A DNA stretch of 64,000 nucleotides from an uncultured virus (IMG/VR IMGVR_UViG_3300023174_000066) (lineage: Duplodnaviria; Heunggongvirae; Uroviricota; Caudoviricetes). The stretch lies in IMG/VR virus record IMGVR_UViG_3300023174_000066; one strand, given 5' to 3'. A program made the translations under genes and the position numbers. The first letter of the stretch is position 1. The number at the start of each line of letters is the position of its first letter. Of this stretch, positions 28,553 to 37,620 are shown piece after piece. The notes below the pieces were generated by a model. It was not told the origin of the DNA. It ran no database searches and saw only the letters and a program-made list of their open reading frames with translations.

Positions 28553-30304
28553 TTATTCTGGGATTTCTGATTCATCTGTTGTTGGTTCAGCAAGTTGAAT
28601 CGGTTGTTCAGTGGGTTCTCCGGCTGGAGGAGCTGCTTCTTGAGGAGCCGCTCCTGGAACTGGCTGCCCTTGAACCGCTTGAGAGAGGTCTTGAGGCATT
28701 GGTCCAACACTCTGGCTCTGCTGAGCCTCTCGAGCCGCTTGGATGATCTCTGGAGCAACCGCAGCGAGCATTGCTTCAGAAAGTTCGGGAGTAATCATGC
28801 CCTTTTCGAGCAGAATTCGGAGACCAAGCTCGGTTGGGCTAGGGGCATCAGCTTCAGAGAAACCGTGAGTCCGTCTCCACGTCTCAAATGAGACTGCCAT
28901 CTTCTCAAAACCTGAATCAGCATCTGATGCGCGGTCATTTCTCGTTGCAACGGCGCTAGGGTCGTACCAAATAACGATTCGGTCGACGTCTGCTTCGGAA
29001 TATCCGTTTGCAACGAGGTAAGGACGGAGGTAGACAACAGTCAGAGCATCTGCAATGAGCAGCATGAGGGGTTCGATGTGTGCTTTGTAGAGTGCTTCGT
29101 CAATTTGCAGCGCATTTGAGTACTTGACGTTGGCAAGACCGGTAACAATGTCTTTAGGGACGTCGAGGCCCTGAAGAATGCGCTCAAGAACGCGATCGGA
29201 ACGTGCTGCAAGGGCTGGGTCGAAGCTACGCTCAAACTTGAACTGCTTAATTCTGTCACCAAGCTCTGCAGGACCGCGAATAATAAGAGGAACAACGGCT
29301 GAGGCTGAGTCTTCGTCGCGGATAGGGGTCGTCATCGCGTCGATGAGCTGATCTTCGAACTCGTCTTGGGCTTCTTCAGGGGTTGGGTCGGCGTAGAGGC
29401 CGTCTTCATCCTCGTAAGGGTAGTTGGGGTCGGGTGTAGAAGCAACAGAAAGGCCGTCTGGCAGGTAAAGTGCTCCAGCGTTGAGGCGTGAACGTGCCGT
29501 AGCGCGGAAAGTGCGGTTCAAAAGAAGAAGTTCGGCGCAAAGATCAAGCATTCCGCGGATGCTGGAGTCAGATTCGTCTGAGAAACGAGGGTGAGCGCGC
29601 CAAATACGGCCAACAAAAGCAGTTTTGGGAAGTTTAATCATTCCCTTGTTGTTTTGATTGCTCATTGCGCTGCCCTGAGTATATTCTCGACGTCCGGCGA
29701 TGACGTAATTACCCTTAGAGTCCATCGTAAGTTCGTCGACAGATCGGATATCCCAGCTTTCAGGGAATCCAGTCCCAACAAGAGGAGGCATATTGACGAG
29801 ATAGCACTCGCCGGTTACGGAAAGGTTGAGAGCGGCGTCACGAAGAAGTCCTGCTTGCCCGCCGTAAGCGGAGTCGAGACGCTGAAGAGCACGTTCTGCG
29901 GCGCGAGCCAGGTCTTCGTCGAATCCAGGGACCTGACGGAGTGGTTTGGGAGCTTCCGAAGGGTCTTGAATGACAGCGGCATAGAGGCGAATTCTTGAAA
30001 CAACAGATGCAACGAGGTTGAAGGCATACTTGATCTCGCCAATTGCGTCGTAGTACTCCCAGGCTTCTGACTGCCAGGACGTCGACTGGACGTTACGACG
30101 TGATTTGAAGCGGTCGGCTTCGCCCTTGTCGTTAAGTTTGATTTGAGACGCGGCGGCAGTGAGGGCTCGAGGTTGGTTGTACGCTACAGCGACTGCTCTA
30201 CCTTCTGGGCTGAGAAATACAGAACTAGAAGGGAGCTGAGTTGCAGCAGAGGGGGGAATACCTGCACCTCTAATTGGCTGCGGGTCGCGGCTGAAAACGC
30301 CCAA
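28553..30304 (-). CDS. Phage portal protein
   Basis: 583 aa; WQSEAWEYYDAIGEIKYA, SRIRLY, LSVTGECY, ARSRL..GAL, SAVVPLII resemble actinophage portals; lies downstream of TerL. Confidence 0.8.
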   Translation of the reverse strand: MGVFSRDPQPIRGAGIPPSAATQLPSSSVFLSPEGRAVAVAYNQPRALTAAASQIKLNDKGEADRFKSRRNVQSTSWQSEAWEYYDAIGEIKYAFNLVASVVSRIRLYAAVIQDPSEAPKPLRQVPGFDEDLARAAERALQRLDSAYGGQAGLLRDAALNLSVTGECYLVNMPPLVGTGFPESWDIRSVDELTMDSKGNYVIAGRREYTQGSAMSNQNNKGMIKLPKTAFVGRIWRAHPRFSDESDSSIRGMLDLCAELLLLNRTFRATARSRLNAGALYLPDGLSVASTPDPNYPYEDEDGLYADPTPEEAQDEFEDQLIDAMTTPIRDEDSASAVVPLIIRGPAELGDRIKQFKFERSFDPALAARSDRVLERILQGLDVPKDIVTGLANVKYSNALQIDEALYKAHIEPLMLLIADALTVVYLRPYLVANGYSEADVDRIVIWYDPSAVATRNDRASDADSGFEKMAVSFETWRRTHGFSEADAPSPTELGLRILLEKGMITPELSEAMLAAVAPEIIQAAREAQQSQSVGPMPQDLSQAVQGQPVPGAAPQEAAPPAGEPTEQPIQLAEPTTDESEIPE

Positions 30305-30336
30305 AATTAACTCCTGTCATTTATAACGGAACGTGG

Positions 30337-30627
30337 CTAATCAACCCGTGCGGTTATGATACTGGCGACTGCTGAGAGGGCAAGCGGAAGTGAGAATACA
30401 ACCGCCGTCGTTGTATCTATTGTATACCATACCGTTAAAAGTGATCCGAACCAGATCGATTGGCAGTAGATGCACGTGAATAGGTAGCCGGTCATGGTGT
30501 GCGGAGGCTTGACGCTCCAGATTTTGTTACGCAGCGGCTCAAAGATTGTGTCAATTACGAAGAGCCGTGCAAGGCGGTACGTTGCAAGGGCAAGAATAAT
30601 GAAGTGAGTTAGAGTGAGTTCGTTCAT
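30337..30627 (-). CDS. DUF1360-like membrane protein
   Basis: LATYRLARL..D.IFEPLR...LFTCIYCQSIW; ATG overlaps the upstream stop. Confidence 0.65.
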   Translation of the reverse strand: MNELTLTHFIILALATYRLARLFVIDTIFEPLRNKIWSVKPPHTMTGYLFTCIYCQSIWFGSLLTVWYTIDTTTAVVFSLPLALSAVASIITARVD

Positions 30628-30992
30628 TCTGTAGGATCCTTCATTGAGCTTAAGGTTCGGTAAGGGTTCCAACCTCGGAGCGTCGATCCGCAGCCGCAGT
30701 TAGTGTCCTTCTTGAACGCGATTGATTTGTTGGAAGTTGTGAGAACGTAGGAGTCAACTTCGGGGGCGAGGGACTTTTCGAATTGGGTGTAGGGTTCGTG
30801 AAAAACAATCTGAGGTCCGCCGGGGACGTCCTGGGCAACGGTAATATGTGTGTCGGTAACAATGATGCGAGTAGTTTGAAGGTAGTACGTGTTTTCGGAG
30901 GCGGGGGAGGACGTTAGTGCGTGGGGGTCGGGGTAGACGTCCGGGGCAGCAATAACGAAGTGAGCGGGGAAAAGGTCGTAGAGAATTCTCAT
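30624..30992 (-). CDS. Hypothetical protein, 122 aa (CGCGS motif)
   Basis: ORF track; ATGA coupling on both sides. Confidence 0.7.
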   Translation of the reverse strand: MRILYDLFPAHFVIAAPDVYPDPHALTSSPASENTYYLQTTRIIVTDTHITVAQDVPGGPQIVFHEPYTQFEKSLAPEVDSYVLTTSNKSIAFKKDTNCGCGSTLRGWNPYRTLSSMKDPTE

Positions 30993-31510
30993 GGGTGTTG
31001 GGTTAGTCCTTCCAGACGTCGGGCAATGGCTCTGTGGGTAACGTTGGCTGCTCGGGCAATGTCAGCAACAGAGACGTTGTTCTCGCGGAGTTCTTTGGTG
31101 ATTTGATTCATCTCTTGATTGGCTTGGTAGGCTTCGGTGGCCGAGGACATGCGGTGTCGATAGGTCTTAGCAATGGGGGCAATCTGTCGGAGTCTTTGGG
31201 CGGTGTGTGCGGGGACGCCTGGGGAAACGGGGGTCAGACGTTGATATCCACCCTCTGGGGTGCGGAGGCGTGGAATAGGGACGTCGACGTTGATAAGGTC
31301 TCTAGGATCGGGAGTGGGATAACGATCCACCCAGGATTTAATTGTCGAGCGGGTACGTGTGGGGGAAAGGGCGTTGCCAATGGAGGCTAGAGTCCAACCT
31401 GCGTGATAGAGGGAAGAGGCGCGTTTGTGAAGGTTAGGACCGGAAAGGGTTGCAAGAAAGTCCGATTCCTTTTTGGGGAGGAATTGGAGTCGGGCGGATC
31501 TTCGGGCCAT
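30989..31510 (-). CDS. Putative double-HTH DNA-binding protein
   Basis: GWTLASIG and VSVADIARAANVT..AIARRL; leaderless promoter. Confidence 0.65.
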   Translation of the reverse strand: MARRSARLQFLPKKESDFLATLSGPNLHKRASSLYHAGWTLASIGNALSPTRTRSTIKSWVDRYPTPDPRDLINVDVPIPRLRTPEGGYQRLTPVSPGVPAHTAQRLRQIAPIAKTYRHRMSSATEAYQANQEMNQITKELRENNVSVADIARAANVTHRAIARRLEGLTQHP

Positions 31511-31608
31511 GCTTATATTGTATCATACTTTTGGCAGTGTTTGTCTACTGTGCGTAAGAATGATATGTTAAAAGAATATTTTTTGTAAAATTTTAGGGGG
31601 TTATAAGC

Positions 31609-32349
31609 CTACTTAACAAGACGCCGCCTAATATTTCCTTCATCGCATCCAACTACGTTTGCCATCTCTTGAACAGAAACACCTAAATTTTTAAGATAGT
31701 TGACTAGATCGCGATACTCTTGCGCTGCAATAGCTACGGGATGATCTCCTCGAAATTGAGGCCTAAACTTTTTAGCAACTTGAGATAGTTCAATAAGATG
31801 CTCTTTTTGATCTTCAGACATGTGAACTATTTTTGAAAGTCGCTCTTCTCTTTTTAGTCGGGAGCTCATGGGTGGGCGGGGAACAGGGGCACCGGTTTCA
31901 GCGTCATATATGTGTTTCAGTGCTGTTCTAAGTTGTACAGCAGTTGGAGCGACTCGAGCACCTTCTAATATAGCCGCAACTGACCACCCGGCTGCTTGAA
32001 GCTCTGCGGCTCTTTGAAGCATGGCATCGCCATCTAATCCGCGCAGATATTGTAATTCTTCTTGCGGGAGATTAGCGTGGCTTGTTGGATATCGTTTTTC
32101 GGGCTGAGGGCTGTATTCTTTAGAAGTGACGACTTCGTTGTACTTCGGGAATGAGTCTAATATTGTATCTCTTTCTACGACAATTGCTGCTTCTCTTGTC
32201 GAGAAAATTTTAAGTACAATTTCGTCTACTTCATTCCACCAGCTTTTTGTGGCTTTGTGAGCAATTAGCCGTTGATCAATGTTGTTTGTAATTCCGACGT
32301 AGAGTAAGTGTCCGTCAAAGTTGTAGGTTTTATAGAGATATGTTTTCAT
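31609..32349 (-). CDS. GIY-YIG nuclease fused to a double-HTH domain paralogous to 30989..31510
   Basis: YLYK...LLYVGITNN..QRL..H...WW...E...P.YN; the C-terminal ~150 aa align by eye with the downstream ORF. Confidence 0.75.
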   Translation of the reverse strand: MKTYLYKTYNFDGHLLYVGITNNIDQRLIAHKATKSWWNEVDEIVLKIFSTREAAIVVERDTILDSFPKYNEVVTSKEYSPQPEKRYPTSHANLPQEELQYLRGLDGDAMLQRAAELQAAGWSVAAILEGARVAPTAVQLRTALKHIYDAETGAPVPRPPMSSRLKREERLSKIVHMSEDQKEHLIELSQVAKKFRPQFRGDHPVAIAAQEYRDLVNYLKNLGVSVQEMANVVGCDEGNIRRRLVK

Positions 32350-32496
32350 ACGTCTAGTCTAACATGTTAGTGGAAGAGTTATTTGTATTTTTCCTTTTAG
32401 AGTCGTATTTTGGTTTTGGCCTGCGAGACGGAAGCGTTGTATTTTGGCGTTATGTCAGATTGTTTCCTATTTCCGCCTAGATACTGGGAACTAGGG

Positions 32497-33290
32497 GGGT
32501 GGCGCGTGGCGCGTGAGGGTGGCGCGAGGGTGGCGCGTGGCGCGTGGCGCGTGGCGCGTGGCGCGAGAGGGTGGCGCGTGGCGCGTGGCGCGAGGGTGGC
32601 GCGTGGCGCGTGGCGCGTGGCGCGTGAGGGTGGCGCGTGGCGCGTGGCGCGAGGGTGGCGCGTGGCGCGTGGCGCGAGGGTGGCGCGTGGCGCGTGGCGC
32701 GTGAGGGTGGCGCGTGGCGCGTGGCGCGAGGGTGGCGCGTGGCGCGTGTCGTTAGGCGCGTGTCGTTAGGCGCGAGAGGGTCACCGTATAGGCGTGACCC
32801 GCGGGCGTGACCCGCGTGACCCGCGTGACCCGCGGGCGGGCGTGCCCGCGTGCCCGCGTGGCGCGGGCGTGACCCGCGTGACCCGCGTGACCCGCGGGCG
32901 TGACCCACGTGGCGCGGGCGTGACCCGCGTGGCGCGGGCGTGACCCGCGTGACCCGCGGGCGTGACCCGCGTGACCCGCGTGACCCGCGGGCGTGACCCG
33001 CGTGGCGCGGGCGTGACCCGCGTGACCGTGACCCGCGTGACCCGCGGGCGTGACCCGCGTGACCCGCGTGACCCGCGGGCGTGACCCGCGTGGCGCGGGC
33101 GTGACCCGCGTGACCGTGACCCGCGTGACCCGCGGGGCGGGCGCGGGGCGGGCGTGACCGTGACCCGCGTGACCCGCGGGCGTGACCCGCGGGGCGGGCG
33201 CGGGGCGGGCGTGACCGTGACCCGCGTGACCCGCGGGCGTGACCCGCGGGCGGGCGTGCCCGCGTGACCGTGACCCGCGTGGCGCGGGGT
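32497..33290. repeat. GC-rich tandem repeats: (GTGGCGC)n then (GTGACCCGC)n, shared core CGCGTG
   Basis: Directly visible low-complexity array. Confidence 0.95.
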
Positions 33291-33296
33291 GAAACA

Positions 33297-33327
33297 CTTA
33301 CGCCCCCGCGGGGGGCGGGGGCGTAAG
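33297..33327 (-). terminator. Terminator-like hairpin, identical to 34029..34059
   Basis: CTTACGCCCCCGC...GCGGGGGCGTAAG followed on the minus strand by TGTTT. Confidence 0.65.
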
Positions 33328-33355
33328 CGTGGCGGGCGCGGGCGGGGGGCGGGGG

Positions 33356-33670
33356 CTAGTTGTCGTAATCCCTACGGGCGTTGGCGTAGGCAACCGCGCC
33401 AGCAATTAGCCCCGTGAGGTAGTAGTCATCAACCGCGACAGTAGTTGAGAGAATGGCGCACATATCTACCGCGTCACCATACGGGCGCAAGACGGGGAAC
33501 TCAATTCGGTAGTCATCAACCGTGTCGATTACCGTAGTAAGTACCACGCCCCAATCCGTGTGAGTTGTGATTACCGTGTAATCGGTATCGTTCACCGTGA
33601 GGGTGCTAGTTGTCGTGTAGCGGATTTTTTTGGGGGCTACGCTCTCGGCGTTCACCTTGTTGTTGTTCAT
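33356..33670 (-). CDS. Hypothetical protein, 104 aa, leaderless
   Basis: ATG 6 nt after TATCTT -10; only complex sequence between two repeat blocks. Confidence 0.7.
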   Translation of the reverse strand: MNNNKVNAESVAPKKIRYTTTSTLTVNDTDYTVITTHTDWGVVLTTVIDTVDDYRIEFPVLRPYGDAVDMCAILSTTVAVDDYYLTGLIAGAVAYANARRDYDN

Positions 33671-33676
33671 ACCCCC

Positions 33677-33705
33677 AAGATAGGGCAACCCGCCCCGCGT
33701 GTCAA
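33677..33705 (-). promoter_or_regulatory. SigA-type promoter TTGACA-N17-TATCTT
   Basis: Near-identical copy at 34342..34370. Confidence 0.75.
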
Positions 33706-33709
33706 GTCA

Positions 33710-34020
33710 CCCCGCGGGCGTGTCGTGTCGCGCCCCGCGGGGCGGGCGTAAGCGTGCCCGCGTGAGCGTGCCCGCGTGCCCCGCGGGCGGGCGTGCCCGC
33801 GTGCCCGCGTGCCCCGCGTGAGCGTGGCGCGGGGCGGGCGTGCCCGCGTGAGCGTGCCCGCGTGCCCCGCGGGCGGGCGTGCCCGCGTGCCCCGCGGGCG
33901 GGCGTGCCCGCGTGCCCGCGTGACCCGCGTGAGCGTGGCGCGGGGCGGGCGTGCCCGCGTGAGCGTGCCCGCGTGCCCCGCGGGCGGGCGTGCCCGCGTG
34001 CCCGCGTGCCCCGCGGGGGC
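33710..34020. repeat. GC-rich tandem repeats (GTGCCCGC)n, CGCGTG core
   Basis: Directly visible. Confidence 0.95.
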
Positions 34021-34028
34021 GTGAAACA

Positions 34029-34059
34029 CTTACGCCCCCGCGGGGGGCGGGGGCGTAAG
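34029..34059 (-). terminator. Terminator-like hairpin
   Basis: Identical to 33297..33327; follows ORF 34076..34300. Confidence 0.65.
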
Positions 34060-34075
34060 CGTGGCGGGCTAGGGG

Positions 34076-34300
34076 CTAGGGGCGCGAGATACGCTCAACA
34101 TAGCGCAATAGTTGCGGGGCGAATGTTGCGGATACTACCCATACGATTAGAACTAGGGGCAACGCCGTGAGATACATATCGAGAGTACCGTGTGCCCCGA
34201 ACATAACGGGAACTATCCACACTAGCCCGTAGGCAATAGCAACTAGGGGGGTCAGGATAACGCTGGCAACTAGCCGGCGTATCGCGTATCGTGTTTCCAT
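34076..34300 (-). CDS. Small two-TM membrane protein, 74 aa
   Basis: ORF track; two hydrophobic stretches; has its own promoter and terminator. Confidence 0.65.
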   Translation of the reverse strand: METRYAIRRLVASVILTPLVAIAYGLVWIVPVMFGAHGTLDMYLTALPLVLIVWVVSATFAPQLLRYVERISRP

Positions 34301-34341
34301 TTTGTCTATCCGTTTCCGGGGGCGTTTCCCCCATACCGATA

Positions 34342-34370
34342 ACGATAGGGCAACCCGCCCCGCGTGTCAA
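34342..34370 (-). promoter_or_regulatory. SigA-type promoter TTGACA-N17-TATCGT
   Basis: Same 17-bp spacer sequence as 33677..33705. Confidence 0.7.
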
Positions 34371-34373
34371 GTA

Positions 34374-34458
34374 TCGGCGTGTCGGCGTGTCGGCGTGTCG
34401 CGCTTGCGCGCCCCGCTGGCTTGCGCGCCCCGCTGGCTTGCGCGCCCCGCCCCGCTGG
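34374..34458. repeat. Short GC repeats (CGGCGTGT; CGCGCCCCGCTGGCTTG) immediately after the terL stop
   Basis: Directly visible. Confidence 0.8.
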
Positions 34459-35856
34459 CTATCTAACGCGGAATCCGCCGCCGCGGCTGAATGGGTTGTT
34501 ACTGATACGACGGTCTGCCATCGATTTTGCGGTTATCTTACCGCCGCTGAATCCTAGTGGCGGCTTGATGAGAAGGGCGGTCATAGCGTGGACTAGGGCA
34601 TCAACGCGGTCAGGTGATTTACCTTCTCCCGGAATCCACGAATACATTTGGCTCTCAAGGTCAGCTAGGTATCCGATATGGTGAACGCGGTTCTGCTCAT
34701 ACGCGAGAGTAACGGGTTCAGCGCGGAGTGCCTTGCCATACTTGGAATGAACTTCCAGCACCTTTACATTGGGGTCGATGGCATTGATGGCGTTACGGAC
34801 TAGCGCACCACCCTGGTTCACTTCCGCTACAACGGGGCATCCCCACTTGCGCGCCATCTCAACGACGCGGTTCGCCCAGGTTTCAGGTGACCCCAGAATG
34901 CTGGCATCCTCGAGCACCCACGCCTGGCGCTTGTATAGGTCACGGTCTGCCGTCGCTGAACATACGATTATGCCACACTCGTCGCGCGGGTTCTCGGCTA
35001 CCGACGGGTCGACACCAATAATGCGCAACGGGGTGCCGGGCGGCATCGAGTTCTGTCGACCACGGTCTATCATCTCTTGAGTCCACAACGCGCCCTCAAC
35101 GTCGTCGAGCATTTCGCCATATAGTTCTTGGGCGGCTAGCCTGGTTCCGGCATAAACGCCAGTGATGGCATCAAGATAAGCACCGGATAGGTTCCCGGAA
35201 TTGTCTAGGGTCGACCCGCGGGTAATCGCAACACGACCGGTTTTGGCTTCCTCGATTAGTTTATACAACAACGGAACGCGCTTGGGGGTCGTCGTAACGA
35301 TAATCTGGGGGTTGCGACCCAAACGGGTTCCGACGCGCAAGTTGTCGAATGCTGTCATCCCCGCGGCATCGGGTGTCTGACGCCACGCGGCAATCTCGTC
35401 ACCCCAGGCGTGAGTGAACTGTGGACCACGTAATGAGTCCGGCTCGTCGGCTGTAAAACACGTCGCCGTATTGCCGTTAGGCCACGTCAAACGTCGCTTC
35501 GACGGCTCGTACAGTGGACGCTCGGAAGGTGGTGTAACGTTCATAATCCCGGATTCACCCTCAACGATAACGTCGCGGACATCGGCTGCAGTACGGGCAA
35601 CAAGGGCGAATCGTCGTTGTCCAGTGGTCGTGTACTTAGCTTGCTCACGGACCCACTCGGCCGCGGTTCGGGTCTTACCGGCACCACGTCCAGCGATGTA
35701 TGCCCAGATCGCCCAATCGCCTTCGGGTGCCTGCTGCTCAGGCCGGCCCCATACGGACCAGTCCCACAACAGGGCATCAGGATCCATACCGGCTAACGCT
35801 TTGGCCTGCTCTTCTGGGGGCAGCAACGAGATCTGCTCCATGATACTTTTGGCCAC
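34459..35856 (-). CDS. terL: Terminase large subunit
   Basis: Walker A AGRGAGKT, LRGPQF, Walker B WGDE, TTTP motif III, nuclease IGVDP and SPDRVDA. Confidence 0.95.
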   Translation of the reverse strand: MAKSIMEQISLLPPEEQAKALAGMDPDALLWDWSVWGRPEQQAPEGDWAIWAYIAGRGAGKTRTAAEWVREQAKYTTTGQRRFALVARTAADVRDVIVEGESGIMNVTPPSERPLYEPSKRRLTWPNGNTATCFTADEPDSLRGPQFTHAWGDEIAAWRQTPDAAGMTAFDNLRVGTRLGRNPQIIVTTTPKRVPLLYKLIEEAKTGRVAITRGSTLDNSGNLSGAYLDAITGVYAGTRLAAQELYGEMLDDVEGALWTQEMIDRGRQNSMPPGTPLRIIGVDPSVAENPRDECGIIVCSATADRDLYKRQAWVLEDASILGSPETWANRVVEMARKWGCPVVAEVNQGGALVRNAINAIDPNVKVLEVHSKYGKALRAEPVTLAYEQNRVHHIGYLADLESQMYSWIPGEGKSPDRVDALVHAMTALLIKPPLGFSGGKITAKSMADRRISNNPFSRGGGFRVR

Positions 35857-35858
35857 GG

Positions 35859-36308
35859 TTAATCGTTTACCCTAACGTTGGGATCGCCTTTAAAAATTAA
35901 CTGAAACGTTTCGGAATCGATGGATCCGTCGCCGTCGATACCGTTCGCTGCTTGAAACTTAGCGATAGCATACTTAGTAAGATCGCCGTAGTATCCGTCA
36001 CGATCTCTGGAGGCTTCAACGTACCCGAGCTCGGTTAGCCGACGCTGTAGATGATGTACCGTAAGCGATTTCTTAGAATGTAGATTCTTGAATATGCATG
36101 ACGAAAGATAAATGTCGTCTACTTCCCCGAGACCAACGACGGCAGGCCCCGCGGGATCTGGAAGTGCTGAATAAATTTCTTCAAGATCGACGGGAATTGG
36201 TACGGATGTTTTGATCGGGGAAGATGGACGAACTAACGGCGCGGCTTCAACTCTGGCTTCCGTATCGATGTCTTCGGAATCAATTTTATTAGACATTGGT
36301 TCTTCCAT
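35859..36308 (-). CDS. Peptidoglycan-binding domain protein
   Basis: V..LQRRL.ELGY...DGYYG..T..AI.KFQ..NG...DG. Confidence 0.75.
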   Translation of the reverse strand: MEEPMSNKIDSEDIDTEARVEAAPLVRPSSPIKTSVPIPVDLEEIYSALPDPAGPAVVGLGEVDDIYLSSCIFKNLHSKKSLTVHHLQRRLTELGYVEASRDRDGYYGDLTKYAIAKFQAANGIDGDGSIDSETFQLIFKGDPNVRVND

Positions 36309-36321
36309 GGTGAGTTCCTTA

Positions 36322-36492
36322 CTAGACTCGTTGGGCGAGGATGGCCATCGTAATCGCTGCAGAAGAAAGAGAAATTACAAGATCGATGTTAGTGATGGAT
36401 GTGAAGGCAACAACGATAGCTGCTACCGCAAGCAAGAGTGCGACCACGGCGGGCCAGACGATCTCTCTGAGGGCTAGAAATAGGTTCCGCAT
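36322..36492 (-). CDS. Small two-TM membrane protein, 56 aa (holin-like)
   Basis: Manual translation MRNLFLALREIVWPAVVALLLAVAAIVVAF...AITMAILAQRV. Confidence 0.5.
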   Translation of the reverse strand: MRNLFLALREIVWPAVVALLLAVAAIVVAFTSITNIDLVISLSSAAITMAILAQRV

Positions 36493-36493
36493 G

Positions 36494-36685
36494 TTATTTA
36501 CCCTTTCTGGGGGAGTTAGGCGCTGAAACGGCGTCCTGTGACGTCTGAGGCATCACAACGCCGAGCAGGGGCTGCTGGTCTTGCAAACGGTGGCGACGTC
36601 GAATGATTGACATAGCCGCAAGGACAATGCCGGACGTTAACCCAACGAACACCGCAAGGACTGCAATCTGTACTAATTCTGTCAT
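36494..36685 (-). CDS. Small membrane protein, 63 aa
   Basis: N-terminal TM helix followed by RRRHR; GGAG RBS. Confidence 0.6.
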   Translation of the reverse strand: MTELVQIAVLAVFVGLTSGIVLAAMSIIRRRHRLQDQQPLLGVVMPQTSQDAVSAPNSPRKGK

Positions 36686-36772
36686 GTTATCTCCAATATT
36701 CGGACACTGTAATCATATCATACATTGAGAGAGGCCCTACCGCATAACGGTAAGGCCTCTCAGGTGAAGCGA

Positions 36773-37462
36773 CTAGGACGCGGTTCCTACAACAGACGCA
36801 GGAACTAACGATCCTTGTCTCTCGATACGCTTCGGTGGTGTTGTGAGTGGGATGATCCGTACGTATCGTGGATACATGCTCCAACTCACGACACCGTCTT
36901 CAGCGGACTCAATACGTGTAACGGTTCCAGGCTTAAGCGCATGGATTACTTTTCCGTTTCCGATATAGATTCCGGTGTGTGATGCTACCGGGTAACCCCG
37001 GTAGTAGTATGCAACAACATCGCCCGGTACAGGGTTCTTAACAAAGATACCCTGTTCAGATTGAGCTCCTGCACTGTGAGGAAGACGTACTCCCATTTGT
37101 TTGTACGTCCATGCAACAAGACCAGAGCAGTCCCAACCGTCGGGAGTAGATCCGGAGAATGCGTACCATGTTCGGCCTGCGGTTCTCTCGAGTCTAGTTA
37201 GGACTTTCTCCATCTTGAATGCGTTCTCTCGCTCTAAGCGAGTAATTTCCCTGTCGTGTTGCTCAGCGGCTAATCGTGCTGCCTCGCTTTTTTGAAGGGC
37301 TTGATACTCTTCGGGACTCAAAAAGAGATCGATGAGATCAGTTTGCTGACTACTGGAGTCAGCTGCGTATGTTACTTCAGGTTTTACTATCGATAACGCG
37401 GTACTGCTACATGCTGTAAACAGAACCGACATCGCGATAGCCGTAGTTACAAACCTTTTCAT
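36773..37462 (-). CDS. NlpC/P60 peptidoglycan endopeptidase, predicted lipoprotein
   Basis: Signal peptide with FTAC lipobox-like motif; GWDCSGLV, PGD, HTGIYIG, IHA. Confidence 0.88.
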   Translation of the reverse strand: MKRFVTTAIAMSVLFTACSSTALSIVKPEVTYAADSSSQQTDLIDLFLSPEEYQALQKSEAARLAAEQHDREITRLERENAFKMEKVLTRLERTAGRTWYAFSGSTPDGWDCSGLVAWTYKQMGVRLPHSAGAQSEQGIFVKNPVPGDVVAYYYRGYPVASHTGIYIGNGKVIHALKPGTVTRIESAEDGVVSWSMYPRYVRIIPLTTPPKRIERQGSLVPASVVGTAS

Positions 37463-37581
37463 TTAGCGCCTACCTTTCCTTTGAGAGTAATTTCTCGGCG
37501 TTTATTGTCTGGGTCTCCCTTACGGTTTACCGATCTGGCAAAACGTTGTTCCAGTGTACACCACACGCTCTAAAAATCAAA

Positions 37582-37604
37582 AAGCCAACCGTGTTGGTTG
37601 GCTT
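37582..37604 (-). terminator. Intrinsic terminator
   Basis: AAGCCAACC...GGTTGGCTT hairpin with a T-run on the minus strand. Confidence 0.6.
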
Positions 37605-37620
37605 AGAGATCCGCGCAGGA

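Noticed and set aside
97..30042. Numerous plus-strand and alternate-frame ORFs overlapping the giant genes, Dps fusion and portal
   Set aside because: Antisense or shadow ORFs of long, motif-rich minus-strand genes.
32410..34170. ORF-track proteins such as VARGAWR..., HAPRAT..., GHAGHA... and RACPR...
   Set aside because: These are translations of the stop-free GC tandem repeats in several frames, with no RBS and low complexity.
37465..37560. Possible c-di-AMP (ydaO) riboswitch upstream of the NlpC/P60 gene
   Set aside because: The context fits and ACCCAGACAATAAACGCCG faintly resembles the 3' part, but the leader is too short and the 5' conserved elements are not visible. An Rfam cmscan would be needed.
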